A DNA stretch of 64,000 nt from NCBI GenBank assembly GCA_951406725.2, contig OX597820.1, positions 59,024,001 through 59,088,000 of the forward strand. Reading direction: 5' to 3'. This DNA comes from Octopus vulgaris (Eukaryota). The position numbers were made by a program, and so were the translations under genes. Below are positions 12,701 through 26,087 of this stretch, piece after piece. Below the pieces are notes generated by a model. It was not told the origin of the DNA. It ran no database searches and saw nothing but the letters and a program-made list of their open reading frames with translations. Each line of letters starts with the position of its first letter. The first letter of the stretch is position 1.

Positions 12701-14075
12701 TTTTCAATTCATTTCCTGTGTATATTTTGTATATTTGTTTTCTGTGTCAGTTTATTTTTTTCTTTCTCTCTCTCTCTCTTCTACTATCATTCTTTCTTGA
12801 TGTCGTCCTGTCTTTCTCGGTCTCATATCCACCGAACCAATGAAGGTGGCTGCTTGAAAGGGTAATGAAATTTTCCTCAAATTACACATAACAAGACTCA
12901 TCGAATAAAAGCACTCCCAGATATCACATGTCTTCTGTTCGACATATTGTCAAAGACTCAATTATCATGGCTGCTATGTCCTTAATCATAGGAGTGCCCC
13001 TTTACCAGATGATAAAAAGCAACAACCTCATCATCGTCGTCGTTGTCGTCATGGTCGTCATGGTCGTCGTCGTCGGAAGTAGCGTAACTTAACGCATAAC
13101 TGCATCTCTCCTCTGTCTAGTTGTCTGTCTGTCTGTCTGTCTGTCTGGTTGTCTGCCTGTCTGTCTTCTGCCTGTCTGCCTTCTGCGTGCGTACCTGCCT
13201 ACCTGCCTGCCTGTCTGCTTGCCTGTATAGCTTTGTCTGTGACTGTGTTCGACTGACCCCTGCCTGTTGTTCTCTATTATAACAAGATGTATTTAGCTTA
13301 ATCAAAGCCTGACTGGTTTTCAATCAGCAATTTGGAATTTGTTTGAATTTTTCTTAAATGTGATGTGTAGTTCTTGGGACGATTGATTAGATTTTTCATG
13401 GCGTCATGCCTCAGTTTGAAAGACCCCGTTATGTTGTTTATTAAAACCTGATTGAAAACAGAATCCAGGTTCAAATTGGGGTAGAGACATGCTACAACTG
13501 CAATATCCTTACCATAACGTTCCATCTTGGAAGAATTTTATAATTTCTAATATTGGCACAAGAGAACATCTATTTTGGAGAGAATTGACTTTGTAATCTT
13601 CGATAGATGAACGGGAAAGGTGACCTTGATGGCGTTTGAATGTAAAAGGCGAAGGGGTGTAACAACTGCAAGGAAGTTTATCCGTCACTTTCTTGAATTT
13701 ACTAATCCACTGAATTAATAACATTTTTTTATAATATCATCTCTGGTTGCAGGTGCAATGGTACAATTATTTGGCTGAAACAAAATACCACCTTCCTTAT
13801 GAGAAAGACACTATAGCTTTTACTATTATTGGTCGACCTGATATGTTTGAGAAAGCTTTTAAAACATTCGTATGTAACCAAACCAGAAAGCCACTTGTTG
13901 ATACTGACTACAAGTTTATCATGTTTTATATGAAGAAGATCCAACAGGTAAGCTTTTGAACATAATCCAAGAGTTAATCTAAACTCAAGCCAAATTTTCA
14001 ATACAGAATGATAGAATGACAAAACTGCGTATACACACATCTTTGATCCATTTAACTGAAAGAAAGCCTCTCGAC
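12146..14075. repeat. Inverted duplication segment E (mirror of 32422-34319)
   Basis: Mirror ORF pairs 13747..13959/32539..32751 and 13298..13525/32976..33203. Confidence 0.95.
13753..13947 (+). CDS. MMACHC: CblC/MMACHC-like gene, exon 2
   Basis: VQWYNYLAETKYHLPYEKDTIAFTIIGRPDMFEKAFKTFV versus human [40 protein letters not shown]. ttgcag/gtaagc sites, 65 codons, phase 0-0. Confidence 0.92.
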
Positions 14076-14399
14076 TGACTGGCAAATCCTTATTCCAGTA
14101 TAAACGCACAGTTTTTCACCCTGTCTATATATCTCAGTGTTTTTTTTTATCACTATCAAAACAATCTTTGTTCCTTGGGAACAAGCTAGATGCATCACAT
14201 CTCTGCATAACCCTACCGGGCATAAATGTTTCTCTTCCTCATCTCCTCACCTCTACAGTGTCTCACATCCGGCACTCATACAAATATGTAACAACGATAA
14301 AATAATAATGTCATAATGCAGCGGAGAAATGACTAAAGCGGAAAAGCTGCTTGATACGGTCATTTATTAAGTTCATTAGAATATTAATAAATAAATGCG

Positions 14400-14643
14400 C
14401 CCTTTTAAAGCCTAGCCAGGCTCATGGACCCAGTTTCCCGATTTCTATGGAGTATGTGTTCCCCAGCTGGACGGGATACCAGTCCATCGCAGCGTTACTC
14501 ATTTTTGCCAACTGAGTGGACTGGAACAACGTGAAATGAAGTGTTTTGCTCAGGAACACAAAGCGTCGCCCGGTCTAGGAATCGAAACCACAATCTTACG
14601 ATCATGACACTGACATCCTAACCACTAAGCCACGCGCCTCCAC
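14400..14643 (-). mobile_element. tRNA-derived SINE family 3
   Basis: Minus strand GGAGGCGCGTGGCTTAGTGG (A box) ... GTTTCGATTCC (B box), then ctgcgatggactgg central block. A decayed head lies at about 35945. Confidence 0.7.
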
Positions 14644-15055
14644 GATTATAATAGTATATTCGTTAAAATATATAACAACGTCGTCGCGTTGTTTGTGTAT
14701 ACACATTGTTTGTAGTTGCAGTAAAATATATTCTGGTTCCATGGTTCATTCTATGACTGGAGAAAAGGTCTGAGAGCTCAACTCAATCTCATTAATTTCT
14801 GAGTGCAGGACTGAGACAATAGACCGAATACTTGCTTGACAATGTGGAGAAATGTGGATTTGGTCTCGAATCCTAGCTTAGCTATTCTGTAGCTGTTCGC
14901 TACAAATATTTTCCTTACAATCTTTTCTCTTCAGATATTCGACCGTCTTGAATTGTTTTCTTACTCATATTTTACTACAAAACTTGAATATCAGCCGTAG
15001 GATTTGTAAAGGACATCAAGCTATTGTCCCTTGACCCGTATTATTATTATTGTTA

Positions 15056-15108
<53 letters not shown>

Positions 15109-15584
15109 TATCTCCTTGCGTTTATCCCCCTTTGTGCGCGTTTTATTGTTGTGACTGAGATGTTGGTCTAATCGACGCACAACACTGTCTGACAGCAGAA
15201 AGATATATCACCATTCCGAGCCCATTTCCGTTTTAACTTTGGTATTTATTCTATCGGTCGTTAAGCGATGGGAGTAACAGAACACAAGCACACATACATA
15301 GATACACGCACACACGCACACACACACTCACACACATACACACGCACACATGCATATATACGACAGGCTTCTTTCAGTTTTCGGTTACCAAATCCTCTCG
15401 TAAGGCTTTGGCCGGCCCAGAGTTACCGGGATTATAAAAGAAGACACTTACACAGAATGAGGCACACTGGAATTGAACCCAAGATTACATGATTGGAAAG
15501 CACTCCCATCCCAGTCACGCCTGTACCTGTTGTATCAATAAATTCAATCGATTTTTTTTTTTTTTTTTGCTGTAACGGTTTCAG

Positions 15585-15728
15585 GAATACAACAACGTCG
15601 ATATTATTCTCGGAAACGTACGTGGACATCACAGCAATCTTAATACCAATATAGCCGCACACGTCACAGGTGTTGCTTACCGATATACTCAATCTGATGT
15701 CCTGCATTATACTTGGCCAAAGACAAAG
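15585..15728 (+). CDS. MMACHC: CblC/MMACHC-like gene, exon 3
   Basis: EYNNVDIILGNVRGHHSNLNTNIAAHVTGVAYRYTQSDVLHYTWPKTK versus human ...[23 protein letters not shown]. tttcag/gtaaat sites, phase 0-0. Confidence 0.88.
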
Positions 15729-16030
15729 GTAAATAGACATAACCGATTTTTGTTGATCGATAATTTTGCCTATAAATTACGAAAATGTACTTGCATAGCA
15801 AATGAGATGCAGCTCGAAGTTTTGTCGATGAATAGGTCGCGGTTTCAAAACGACGAAAATATTTTAATACAAATGAAATTTAAATTAGAAATATTGAATT
15901 TCTAAATGTCTCAGAGAGACATGAGCGGTGGTGGGGCGAAATAGTGGTTGTATACTATCGGCTTTGACACATTTCCTGTGTCCTTATATTTGCAAAGGGG
16001 AGGCAAGCACCCCCGCCAGCTAGGGTTAGC

Positions 16031-16075
16031 ACCCGGAGACATGTTTCTGGGTCTTGCCCGTCATCAGTCCAGGGT
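16031..16075 (-). ncRNA. Minimal type I hammerhead ribozyme motif (canonical core)
   Basis: accctgga CTGATGA c ggg caaga ccc a GAAA catg TC tccgggt, with palindromic stem III ACATGT. Confidence 0.6.
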
Positions 16076-16639
16076 AGTAAGTCCTGCTAGCTGAGATGGT
16101 TGCGAAATTTAAATGTTGAAGTGAAACTAACGGTTTTTCTGTGTTCTTGAATGGCTTGCAAACATCTTCCACGCTGCAACTGTTTTCCTATAAAGTATAA
16201 AAAACAGTGCAGTTCACCGTACACGCACACGCACATGCACACACACGCGCGCAAACACATACACGGACACACAAACGTCTGTGCGTGCACACACACACCC
16301 ACACACATACACACATATATACTATTTCATTGATCCCCCCCCCAAAAAAAAAACTCTCGCCGCATTTTCACTTAGCCGTTCATCAAGCTGTTGTGATAAT
16401 TCAGACTACTCTGAGTAACAGTTTTTAAGGTATATTTATTTTTTGTACTCCAGTAAAGTAGCATTTCACTCCAACTGTAGTATTCAAGTACTATTTCCCC
16501 CCCTATTTTTTCCCATTTTGTTTTGCCCCTATGCGCTCACTTGTGTGTCAGAGAGGGTGAGTGAGACAGAGAGAAAGAGAGAGAGAGCGAAAGAGAGATT
16601 GAGAGAGATAAAGAAAGAGAGAGAAACAGTGAAAGTGTG

Positions 16640-16925
16640 CGTATGTATGTATGTATGTATGTATGTATGTATGTATGTATGTATGTATGTATGTATGCAT
16701 GCATGCATGTATGTATGTATGTATGTATGTATGCATGCATGCATGCATGCATGCATGCATGCATGTATGTATGTATGTATGCATGTATGCATGCATGTAT
16801 GTATGTATGCATGCATGCATGTATGTATGTATGCATGCATGCATGCATGTATGTATGTATGTATGCATGTCTGCATGCATGCATGTATGTATGTATGTAT
16901 GTATGTATGTATGTATGTTTGTATG
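16640..16925. repeat. (GTAT)n/(GCAT)n tetranucleotide microsatellite, one of many (TA)n, (CA)n, (GA)n and (AAT)n tracts
   Basis: Directly visible. It explains the MYVC/HTYI pseudo-ORFs. Confidence 0.95.
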
Positions 16926-17016
16926 AATCTATAGTGTACTGTTCCGTTTTACCGAATGTCAAGCTAATACTTTCCTTGTGCACGTACTCTGGTCTGTTAA
17001 TTTTGTTATTCATTTG

Positions 17017-17868
17017 ATCGAAAATGCATGTAGTTCTACCTATTACATTTGCGGTTAATTTCAAAAGTCTTCGTTTAGGCGCGCTAAATTACCGGAAATA
17101 AATACTGCATAAATAATTCACTGCAGTAGTTTTCTCCGGTTTGAGAACGTATTAATTTAAAATTAAAATCAAAATGAGGGTGAAAAAATTGGATATTAAT
17201 TTGATAACATCAATTTTAACACCAGTGGTCTAGCATATAAAAAAACTGAGATTCAGTAGATAGTATTTTATACATAGATATAAGAGGGAATATTTTTTTA
17301 CCACTATGTGGAAACCCTTATGCTAGAAGAAGATCCGCTATGGTCTTAACCATATTGCCTTATTTATGCAGTATTTATTTCCGGTAATTTAGCGCGCCTA
17401 AACGAAGACTTTTGAAAATAACCGCAAATGTAATAGGTAGAACTACATGCATTTTCGACCTCGTGTTGATATCTGGCGTGAAGTTCTGCAAATTATATTC
17501 TGCATAGACGATCATACTGACGATCTACAGATAAATTGTGTAAGTAAAATTACGTAATTTGCTGATAGTGAAACAATTGTTTATGATTAATCTATATTTT
17601 TGTTACTTTTCATTTGTCTTGCTCGCTTACGTTTCTGGTGTGCTAAATTTTCTGGAGAACAATTCTTAATGGTTAAGACCATAGCGGATCTTCTTCTAGC
17701 ATAAGGGTTTCCACATAGTGGTTTTAAAAAATTCCTTCTTATATTTATGTATGAAATACTATTTACTGAATCTCAATCTCAGTTTTTTTATATGCTAGAC
17801 CACTGGTGTTAAAATTGATGTTATCAAATTAATATCCAATTTTTTCACCCTCATTTTGATTTTAATTC
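17017..17868. repeat. Interleaved inverted repeats (17017-17112/17362-17458 and 17155-17353/17668-17868)
   Basis: Reverse-complement matches are visible. They abut a Penelope-like remnant. Confidence 0.8.
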
Positions 17869-17879
17869 TATATATGTAT

Positions 17880-19292
17880 ATGTCCATAGCTCCTTCCCTG
17901 ACCCTACCTCCCAACCCGGCTCGTTCCCCTGCTCCCGCCCACGTTGCCGCACTTGCCCTTACCTCTCCAACACCACCCTCCTCACTAGCACCCACCATCG
18001 ACCCTATCCCATCATCCACTCCTTCACCTGCACCTCCAGCAATATTATCTATTGCGTCTCTTGCTCTCTCTGCCATTCCTTGTACATCGGACAAACGGGA
18101 CGCCGCTTGGCTGACCGGTTCGCGGAACACCTTCGTGACATCCACCTTGTGAACGACACACCGGTCTCATGCCATTTCCGCTCCACCGGTCACTCCTTGC
18201 AACACCTATCTGTGTTCGGTTTGTCCTTACACAGAGGCCATCCGGATTCCCGTTTGCGCCGTGAACAGGAATTAATCTTCTCTCTTCGCTCTTATACGCC
18301 ATTTGGTCTCAACTCTCCCCCTCCTCATCTAACCCCCTCCCCCTCCTCACCTATCCTTCCCCCCCGACCCCTACTTCTTCAGTCCTTCATCCTTTCACCC
18401 CTACTCCCCTTCCCTTCTTCCCTCTTTCTCCCTCCCTCCTTCCCTCTTCCCCTTCCCTCTGCTCCCTCACTCCCCTTCTCTCTACCCCTCTCCCTCTTTC
18501 CTCCTTCCTCCTCCCCTCCTCCTCCCCTTCCTTCTCCCCTCTTCTCTCCCCCCTCTCCCCCTCCTCTCCTCCCCCTCCCCTCCCCCTCTTCTCCTCTCTC
18601 CACACTACACCACACGACTTTACACATCACATCATATATGATGTGCCATACTAATACATACACCAACTAATACATACTAATACGTACTAATACATACTAA
18701 TACATACTAATACATACACCAACCCTATACATACACACGTCCAGACCTCTCATACGCACTTATACTCTCTCATACACACACACACACACTTATACATACT
18801 AATACGTACTAATACATACTAATACATACTAATACATACACCAACCCTATACCTACGCACATCCAGACCTCTCATACGCACTAATACTCTGGCATACACA
18901 CACACACACACCCTTATACATACTAATACATACTAATACATACACCAACCCTATACATACACACGTCCAGACCTCTCATACGCACTAATAGCTGGTCATT
19001 CAACCCTATTATCAACCCTATTATCTCCCCTTATTTCGCTCTCGCGTCTCATGTTTGATCTTTGACCTCTGGCCGAAATCAGATCGCCATGTTGATTCGT
19101 TAGTTACTGCACGCATTTTTTTCTCTCCTTCTTTCTGTGTTTTTTTCTCTCTGTGTATCTTTCTGTTGAAGAGCGTAGGCTCGAAACGTTAAAGACTTGT
19201 TTTATTTATATTTCCTGAGCGCCATACTAATACAATTGTTTGTTTGTTTCCCACCTGCCTTCGTCTTTTGTCTATTTTCATAAAGCTTCCCG

Positions 19293-19295
<3 letters not shown>
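17880..19295 (+). mobile_element. Penelope-like element 3' portion (GIY-YIG endonuclease, tandem-repeat tail, hammerhead-like motif)
   Basis: FTCTSSNIIYCVSCSLCHSLYIGQTGRRLADRFAEH...RREQELIFSLRSYTPFGLN (about 18020-18313). Ends at (TA)n. Confidence 0.85.
19158..19195 (+). ncRNA. Hammerhead-like motif, A6U variant
   Basis: tcttt CTGTTGA a gagc gtag gctc GAAA cg TT aaaga. Sister copies at 24418-24456(-) and 57440-57476(+). Confidence 0.5.
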
Positions 19296-19364
<69 letters not shown>

Positions 19365-19878
19365 ATATAGAATGTACTCTTCCATTATTGGCAGGATTAA
19401 CAAAAATATATTCCATCCAGCGAGAGATAAATATTTAATAAACAATATTTATTTGCGAGCTACTATGAGTCCCACGCTCGGATAATACAGTAATCGAACA
19501 TGCTTGTGTAGTGTAATGTGTACGAGCCTGAACGATGATGGGATTGCAAAGTGAATCTAGAAGCACATAAAGCTATAAATTATAGAGTGTGAATATTAGA
19601 TTAGAACTCCTTCGGATAGAAAAAGTTGAAGGCTCCTCGTGGGACTTTTCTACCCATAGCTGTTTTAACCCAGTATTTAAACGCTATTATTTGTAGCTGC
19701 ATTTGCTTCGAGACTAAAAGGAATTATTTCACGTTCTCGAAGTTTTTGATTTCTTATGACCTCAACATCATACAATTCTCTCTGGTGAGAAAAAAGTTTT
19801 TAAAATGAATTGAGAAATTTGAAGGATTGCTTTAGCTCAATGGTAGAGCACGACATGTTTACTTCAAGATTCGCCGTC

Positions 19879-19939
<61 letters not shown>

Positions 19940-20766
19940 ATGTATGTACATATATTAGTGTTTGTTTTTATGTTCAGTTATAATAAAATCAATTTCATAT
20001 TAATCTGATGGGTCACTCTATTCTTTTGTAAAGTGCAAATTTTGTATTCTTACACAATAATGTTGTTGACAGCGACTTCGAAGTTTCGGCCAGCCAACCC
20101 ATCGTCGGTCTTGCTTTTATATAGTTTCTGTTGAGTTCTAATCATCTATAGCCTACAGCAGACCCAAAAGTGCCACCTCTTTAAAAGTGCCGCCCGGGGC
20201 GAACCGCCCCCACCCGCTACTCTGGTGAATAGTAATTAGGTTTTTGTAGTCAGTTGTTATGGAAAGGGGTTTTGGAAAATTTTTTATTGATTAAATTTGG
20301 GGATATGTTAGTGTTAGGAATTTATTCATGCGTTTAGCAATTGGTAAACAAGCTTGTAGGTGTTTCTCTTTAGATAAGTGGGCACAAGGTTTGAAAGCAT
20401 TTTGGGCGCTTTTGGCATTACTGCATTTAATCCTTTCGCTTGACAATATAATATCTAAGGAACACAGCCCAGTATTTAAGCCCTTGGTAATTGGGCGTGT
20501 CAACTTATTTTTTTCACAAAAGAATGAGGGTAGGTGGTAAGTTTAGGCTGGTCCTGCATTTACCTTTGTACCTTTGAGCTTTATATTGTCAAAACAATTA
20601 TTTTATACTTTTATACTTTTACGCTGGCAAAAATGGAATTTATTTTATCATTCTTCATAATTAAAAAAATCGGTGACGTCAACACCAAAGATTAGATAAT
20701 AATTTTTAAAAAATAGCCAGAAATTATTATTATGTGTCCTCATGATGTTTTCTCGTCTATTTACAG

Positions 20767-21141
20767 AAGCCACTTGAATTTGCAGTCCATCACAAGTATG
20801 GCGCATGGTTTACTGTCCCAGCAGTGATTGTTTTTCGAGATTTCAAACTGCCCAGTCTTCTTTATCCTCTCCCATTCGATGCCCTTCCATCTCATGAACA
20901 TAGAAGGTATATTCTACAGTCACTTCACAATGGTACCATGGAATGGCGACATGCTTCTTTTATGCCGGGAAGGCAACCGTTTTCTGAGGAAGCAAAACAA
21001 TATTTCTCTTCAAAATTAAGTCAGACAATTTCAATAGTTAGAGAAACGAAACATTCATGCAAAGAAGGGCGATACGCGTATTTCTTTAAGAATATTCTTC
21101 CAGCCTTTATACCTTTTGGGGGATATTGTTTGTGTCTATGA
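20767..21141 (+). CDS. MMACHC: CblC/MMACHC-like gene, exon 4 (terminal); full CDS 265 aa
   Basis: KPLEFAVHHKYGAWFTVPAVIVF...FSEEAKQYFS versus human [23 protein letters not shown]...YSEEQKAYFS. ttacag acceptor, TGA stop. Confidence 0.9.
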   Translation, partial: KPLEFAVHHKYGAWFTVPAVIVFRDFKLPSLLYPLPFDALPSHEHRRYILQSLHNGTMEWRHASFMPGRQPFSEEAKQYFSSKLSQTISIVRETKHSCKEGRYAYFFKNILPAFIPFGGYCLCL

Positions 21142-21479
21142 AGCTTCGAAGTAAATTCTAAAGATTTTCTTCCAAATTCCTCATAATAGTTATAACATTA
21201 AAAGAATAGTAACTCTTTCAGAAATCCAATGATGCAAACCAAACCAAACCACGAAAAGAAATATCGTATTTTATTTCAAATCATTTTGAGAAATGGCAGT
21301 GTTGTGCAAATGAATAAAATTGTGTTTTCTTGTAATCTCAATTTTCTCCTTTAAAACAGTTCACAGTCACTTTCTCTTGTGCACTCAATACTTACTTTCA
21401 GGTCGCAAATCGAATCTCAACGGTTACATGAAACAACAGAATCCTCAATACTGAGTTAACATGCACACATACGTATGAT

Positions 21480-22215
21480 CAGATGAAAGGATGAGCTTAT
21501 ATGAGCAGAAGACTATGCATGGATATGTTAGTAGAAAGCTCCGAGATGATAGTAACATTGATCATCAAAGCAGTCTATCATGGATCAATAGGTGGATTAC
21601 TACCTCCAACTTTGAAGGGTATGCGTTTGCAATCCAGGAACAGGAAATATCAACCAAATACCTGATGCACAAAAGGGATAGAGATGCAGGAAAAGCAGTA
21701 AAATGTGACAACCGATGCAGACGTTGTGGAGATAACAGCAAAGATATCACCCACATCATAAGTAGTTGTTTGAAAATGTCATCACGGTATTATCTCTCTT
21801 TGAGACGTGATGTTGTAGCTAGGACATTCTAGAATGAAATCCGTCGGAAGGATAACCCCTAGGACAAACAAATAAGAACCCACAGTATGGTAGAAGCCAT
21901 AGCCACTCATACTAAAAGGAGTACTGGTGGAATGTCTCAGTGAAGACCTCAATAAAATGTAAGCACAACACACCTGATATAAGGATTTGGGATAAAGAAG
22001 AGAAGCTGTGTACAGTTGTGGAAATTAGCTGACCAGCGGATGTTAGCATAAAGCTGAAGATCAATGAAAAAGAGAATATCTGAGCTGAACTGAGAAATCT
22101 GTAGTTACTCTATATCCAGATTACAAGTTCAGGTTTATACTTGTAATTAATGGGGCCCTGGGATATGTAAAACACTCTGCCTAAATACCAATCTTGAAAA
22201 ATTAGGCTTCTCCAA
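21480..22215 (+). mobile_element. RLE-type non-LTR retrotransposon remnant (R4/Dong-like C-terminus)
   Basis: AIQEQEISTK, CRRC..DITHIISSC knuckle, HNTPDI..VVEIS restriction-like endonuclease, GALG. Multiple stops. Confidence 0.8.
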
Positions 22216-22687
22216 ACCATCTTTCAATGTCCATCTGGGGATAAGATAATGTCTATCTGGGGAAACACCCCCAGATAGAATGGAAAATCATTGCTAAAGC
22301 CAAAAAAAAAAAAAAAAGAAGAGATACAGAGGACGGGGCACCAAACGTGAACTCTGCATTACTGAAAATTTAAATATTATTCAGTCAAGAGACATCTTAA
22401 ATATTGGAGATGAAACCTTCTCTCCCTCCATACATAAGCAATATTTTGCTCTAAAGTACTTAAAAGAAGATCCCCTATAAACGTGGATATCTACAAACGA
22501 GGACAACCCTACAAGGATAGCAGCTCTACATACGTAAACACACATAGCACACAAACATCACACCATAAAGAAGAAATATCAAAAACTCCACACAAAGAAG
22601 GATTAACCCCAACATACAGGCACAAAACACCTTGCTCAGAACAAGACCATACAAATATGGAAAAACTAAAGAAATTTACCGAAAAGA

Positions 22688-22724
<37 letters not shown>

Positions 22725-22950
22725 TCTTTTATTCATTTCAGTCATTTGACTGAAGCCATGCTGGAGTACCGCCTTTAGTCGAACAAATCGATCCCAGAAC
22801 GTGTTCTTGTAAGCCCAGTACTTATTATATCAGTCTCTTTTGCCGAATGCTAAGTTACGGGTACATAAACACATCAACATCAATTTTCAAGCGATGGGGA
22901 GGGGAACAAACACACACAAACACAAAAGCATATACATACATATGAATATA

Positions 22951-23030
<80 letters not shown>

Positions 23031-23032
23031 TA

Positions 23033-23389
23033 GAGAAGAGTTCAGAATTACAGATGCAACAATATTTCCTGCCCTTATCAAAAGGAAAGGATACAGATAA
23101 TATGGACCAATCCAGCTTGAAAGTTATATTGTTGTCCTTAAGACGCCAAACTAATTTACTTAGTCCTGTACTATGTTGTTTTCTCTTATCTCGGAAAGTT
23201 GAATAATGGTTGGAAATTCAACTTTCCGAGATAAGAGAAAACAACATAGTACAGGACTAAGTAAATTAGTTTGGCGTCTTAAGGACAACAATATAACTTT
23301 CAAGCTGGATTGGTCCATATTATCTGTATCATTTCCTTTTGATAAGGGCAGGAAATATTGTTGCATCTGTAATTCTAAACTCTTCTATA
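23033..23389. repeat. Near-perfect fold-back hairpin (about 170-bp arms, 11-nt loop 23205-23215)
   Basis: The arms are reverse complements. The right arm is Penelope-like coding sequence. Confidence 0.92.
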
Positions 23390-24285
23390 TCCTTTTCGCC
23401 AAATTCCCCTTGGTAAACACAATAATAGAAAAATCCTATAGATGTAAACATTGGCAAAAACACACCTTCCACTCATATAAATAATAAATAATATAGATAA
23501 CCTCTTTGGTTTTAATAATTACTTTCACGTCTACACCACTACCGTAGACAAATGCTTCCTCTCTATTCTGTTGCATCAAACATTAAATATAGTTGGCGTA
23601 TGTTTCTCTCTTTCTCTCTACCCCCCCTCTCTCTCTATCATGCGCACAATCAAATACACAGACACAAATTTCTCACATTAATACTATATATATTTGACAA
23701 TTCTCCCCCCCCCCCCACACATACATTTGCAAACACACACACACAGACACAGATGCAGTTATATACACACACTCATACACACACACAAACACTCAAACTC
23801 ATTAACAAAACATACACCCGTCAATCCCCATACATACAGCATACATACTGTCCCCTTCCTATTTTTTTATAACTTTTTCCTTCCTTCCAATTTTGACGTC
23901 ATTGCTTATAACGGATTGTTTTAAATAAATACTCATTATCACTGTGGAAACCATGTAGGCAGACGGTAAGAAGCTTTTGTTCGTCTTGAGGCTGATAGAG
24001 GTTCCTTGTATTTCCTGATGAGAAGACGGCATAATGCAACCTTCATTCCTTCGAAATTAAGAGTATGCAGTCTTCGAAACATATGTCGAAAGTTAAGGAA
24101 TTTTGTTAAAATCTTCGTTCGACTCCATTCTTTTCATTTATTCATATAAAAAACACACAAATTTCCACACACGAACACGGGGTTCGGCCCTTGGCATGTA
24201 ACTTCAACCGTGTTTTACTGACGTGAATTTGCTACCCAGGTATCGATTAACCGAATTATCCATACTAGGATAATTCATTCATCTA
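23216..24285 (+). mobile_element. Penelope-like element 3' portion (GIY-YIG C-terminus plus hammerhead)
   Basis: [30 protein letters not shown] pattern, hammerhead at 24002, ends at (TA)n. Confidence 0.75.
24002..24100 (+). ncRNA. Type I hammerhead ribozyme motif, canonical core with long loop II
   Basis: ttcctt..tttc CTGATGA gaagac [42 nt] gtcttc GAAA catatg TC gaaa..aaggaa, with palindromic stem III ACATATGT. Confidence 0.75.
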
Positions 24286-24514
24286 CTTATATATATATAT
24301 ATATATATATAAATATATATATATAGGCAGAGTTTACGAAAAAAAACAACAAAAGACGAAGACAAGTGGTGTACAAAACAAACAGATCTATTAGTATAAC
24401 GCTCAGGAATAGAAAAAGTCTTTTATGTTTCGAGCCTACGCTCTTCTACAGAAAGGGACACAGAAAAAAACAAGGAGAAAAAAAAAGTGTGTAGTGGCTA
24501 ACGATCTATCATAA

Positions 24515-24550
<36 letters not shown>

Positions 24551-25292
24551 TTATGAGAGGTAATGTCAGATAATGTTGAGTAAGTGCTATGGACAGACCA
24601 TAGTTAAGCTCCAGGTCTGGTGATTATGCGAATAAGGAGTCCAACGTAGGTCTTATGTCACCATGTGTATACAACGCCGGAAGTTCTTGTTGACAAACAA
24701 CAGCAGTAATTTTGTTCAGCTGAATACACGTCATTGATTGGTTGAAATAACCGAAATACTACAACTTTAACGTGAAATAACTTCCTAATTATAAGCTTTT
24801 CTCAAAAACGGCAAGAGTAAAAGATGTTTTATATGATACATTCTACCAGTGTCCGAAGTTTGAAAGTGTTTAGTTGCAAATAATCATTTTTTAAATCTGT
24901 CGATCAAAAGGTAAGGAACCCGAAATGCTTAGCGGAATTTCGCCCGTCGCCACGTTCTGAGTTCAAATTCCACCAGGTCAGCTTTGCTTTTTATCCTTTT
25001 GGAGTCGATAAATTAAGTACCAGTGAAACACTGGGGTCGATGCAATCGACTAGCCCCTTCCCCCGAATTTCAGGCCTTGTGCCTTTAGTAAAGTGGATTA
25101 TGTCCAGCTCTGATGAATCATAACAACCCACGTATTGCGATTTTCTAAAAGAAACTGTGAACAACTTATAGCTGTAAGCTCTGTTCCGTGTCGCGTGGTC
25201 CGAGTACTGCATTTCTTTATTTTCTTCTTCCTCTTTATTGTCGTTGCTTTCGCTTTGAATATGAGTTTCACATGCTGGTATCCGTTCTCCTA

Positions 25293-25520
25293 AGGCGGCG
25301 AGCTGGCAGAAACGTTAGCACGCCGGGCGAAATGCGTAGCCGTATTTCGTCTGCCGTTACGTTCTGAGTTCAAATTCCGCCGAGGTCAACTTTGCCTTTC
25401 GGGGTCGATAAATTAAGTACCAGTTACGCACTGGGGTCGATGTAATCGACTTAATACATATGTCTGTCCTTGTTTGTCCCCTCTGTGTTTAGCCCCTTCT
25501 GGGTAATAAAGAAATAGGTA
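25293..25520 (+). mobile_element. SINE family 1, near full-length head
   Basis: GGCGGCGAGCTGGCAGAA (A box-like) ... GAGTTCAAATTCC (B box). Confidence 0.8.
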
Positions 25521-26087
25521 TCCGTTCTCTTCTCTCTTCTCTGAGTCACCCACTCCTCCCCATCTCTCCCCTTCACACTTTCCTCCCATGCAACTTTGCA
25601 AAAGCTTATTTTGTTTCCGCGCGCTCGTGCGTGCATATGCACTTGTTTGTTGACTAAATGCTCCGACGTCTCGGCCAATCGTGTGCTTCAGTTCATTTAC
25701 TCTCAAGAGATGACCTCCCATCCTCTCATGTATTTTTTTTAACAATTAGCTGAACGCATTATTATTTGGCAATATTTAGCAACACTAAAAGTATGAGAGA
25801 TCAAACTATCGGGGGAAAAAAATCCAGAAACAAAGAAATGAAAAATAAAAACAGGGGTGGGAGAATGGAATTAAGCAGCAGAAATATATTTGTTTATATA
25901 TCTTGCAATTCAGTGCAACATATATAAACTGTACCACTATTTGCGGGAGGTTATCTCCCTTGTTACGTTCTGGGTTTTATTTTGTTGCGGAGGGGTTGTC
26001 TTTCTTGTCATGTGTTTGCTTGTACAAGCATTTGTCTGTCCATATACAAACAAAGGAATGAGAGAGAGAGAAAGAATACTAGAAGTA

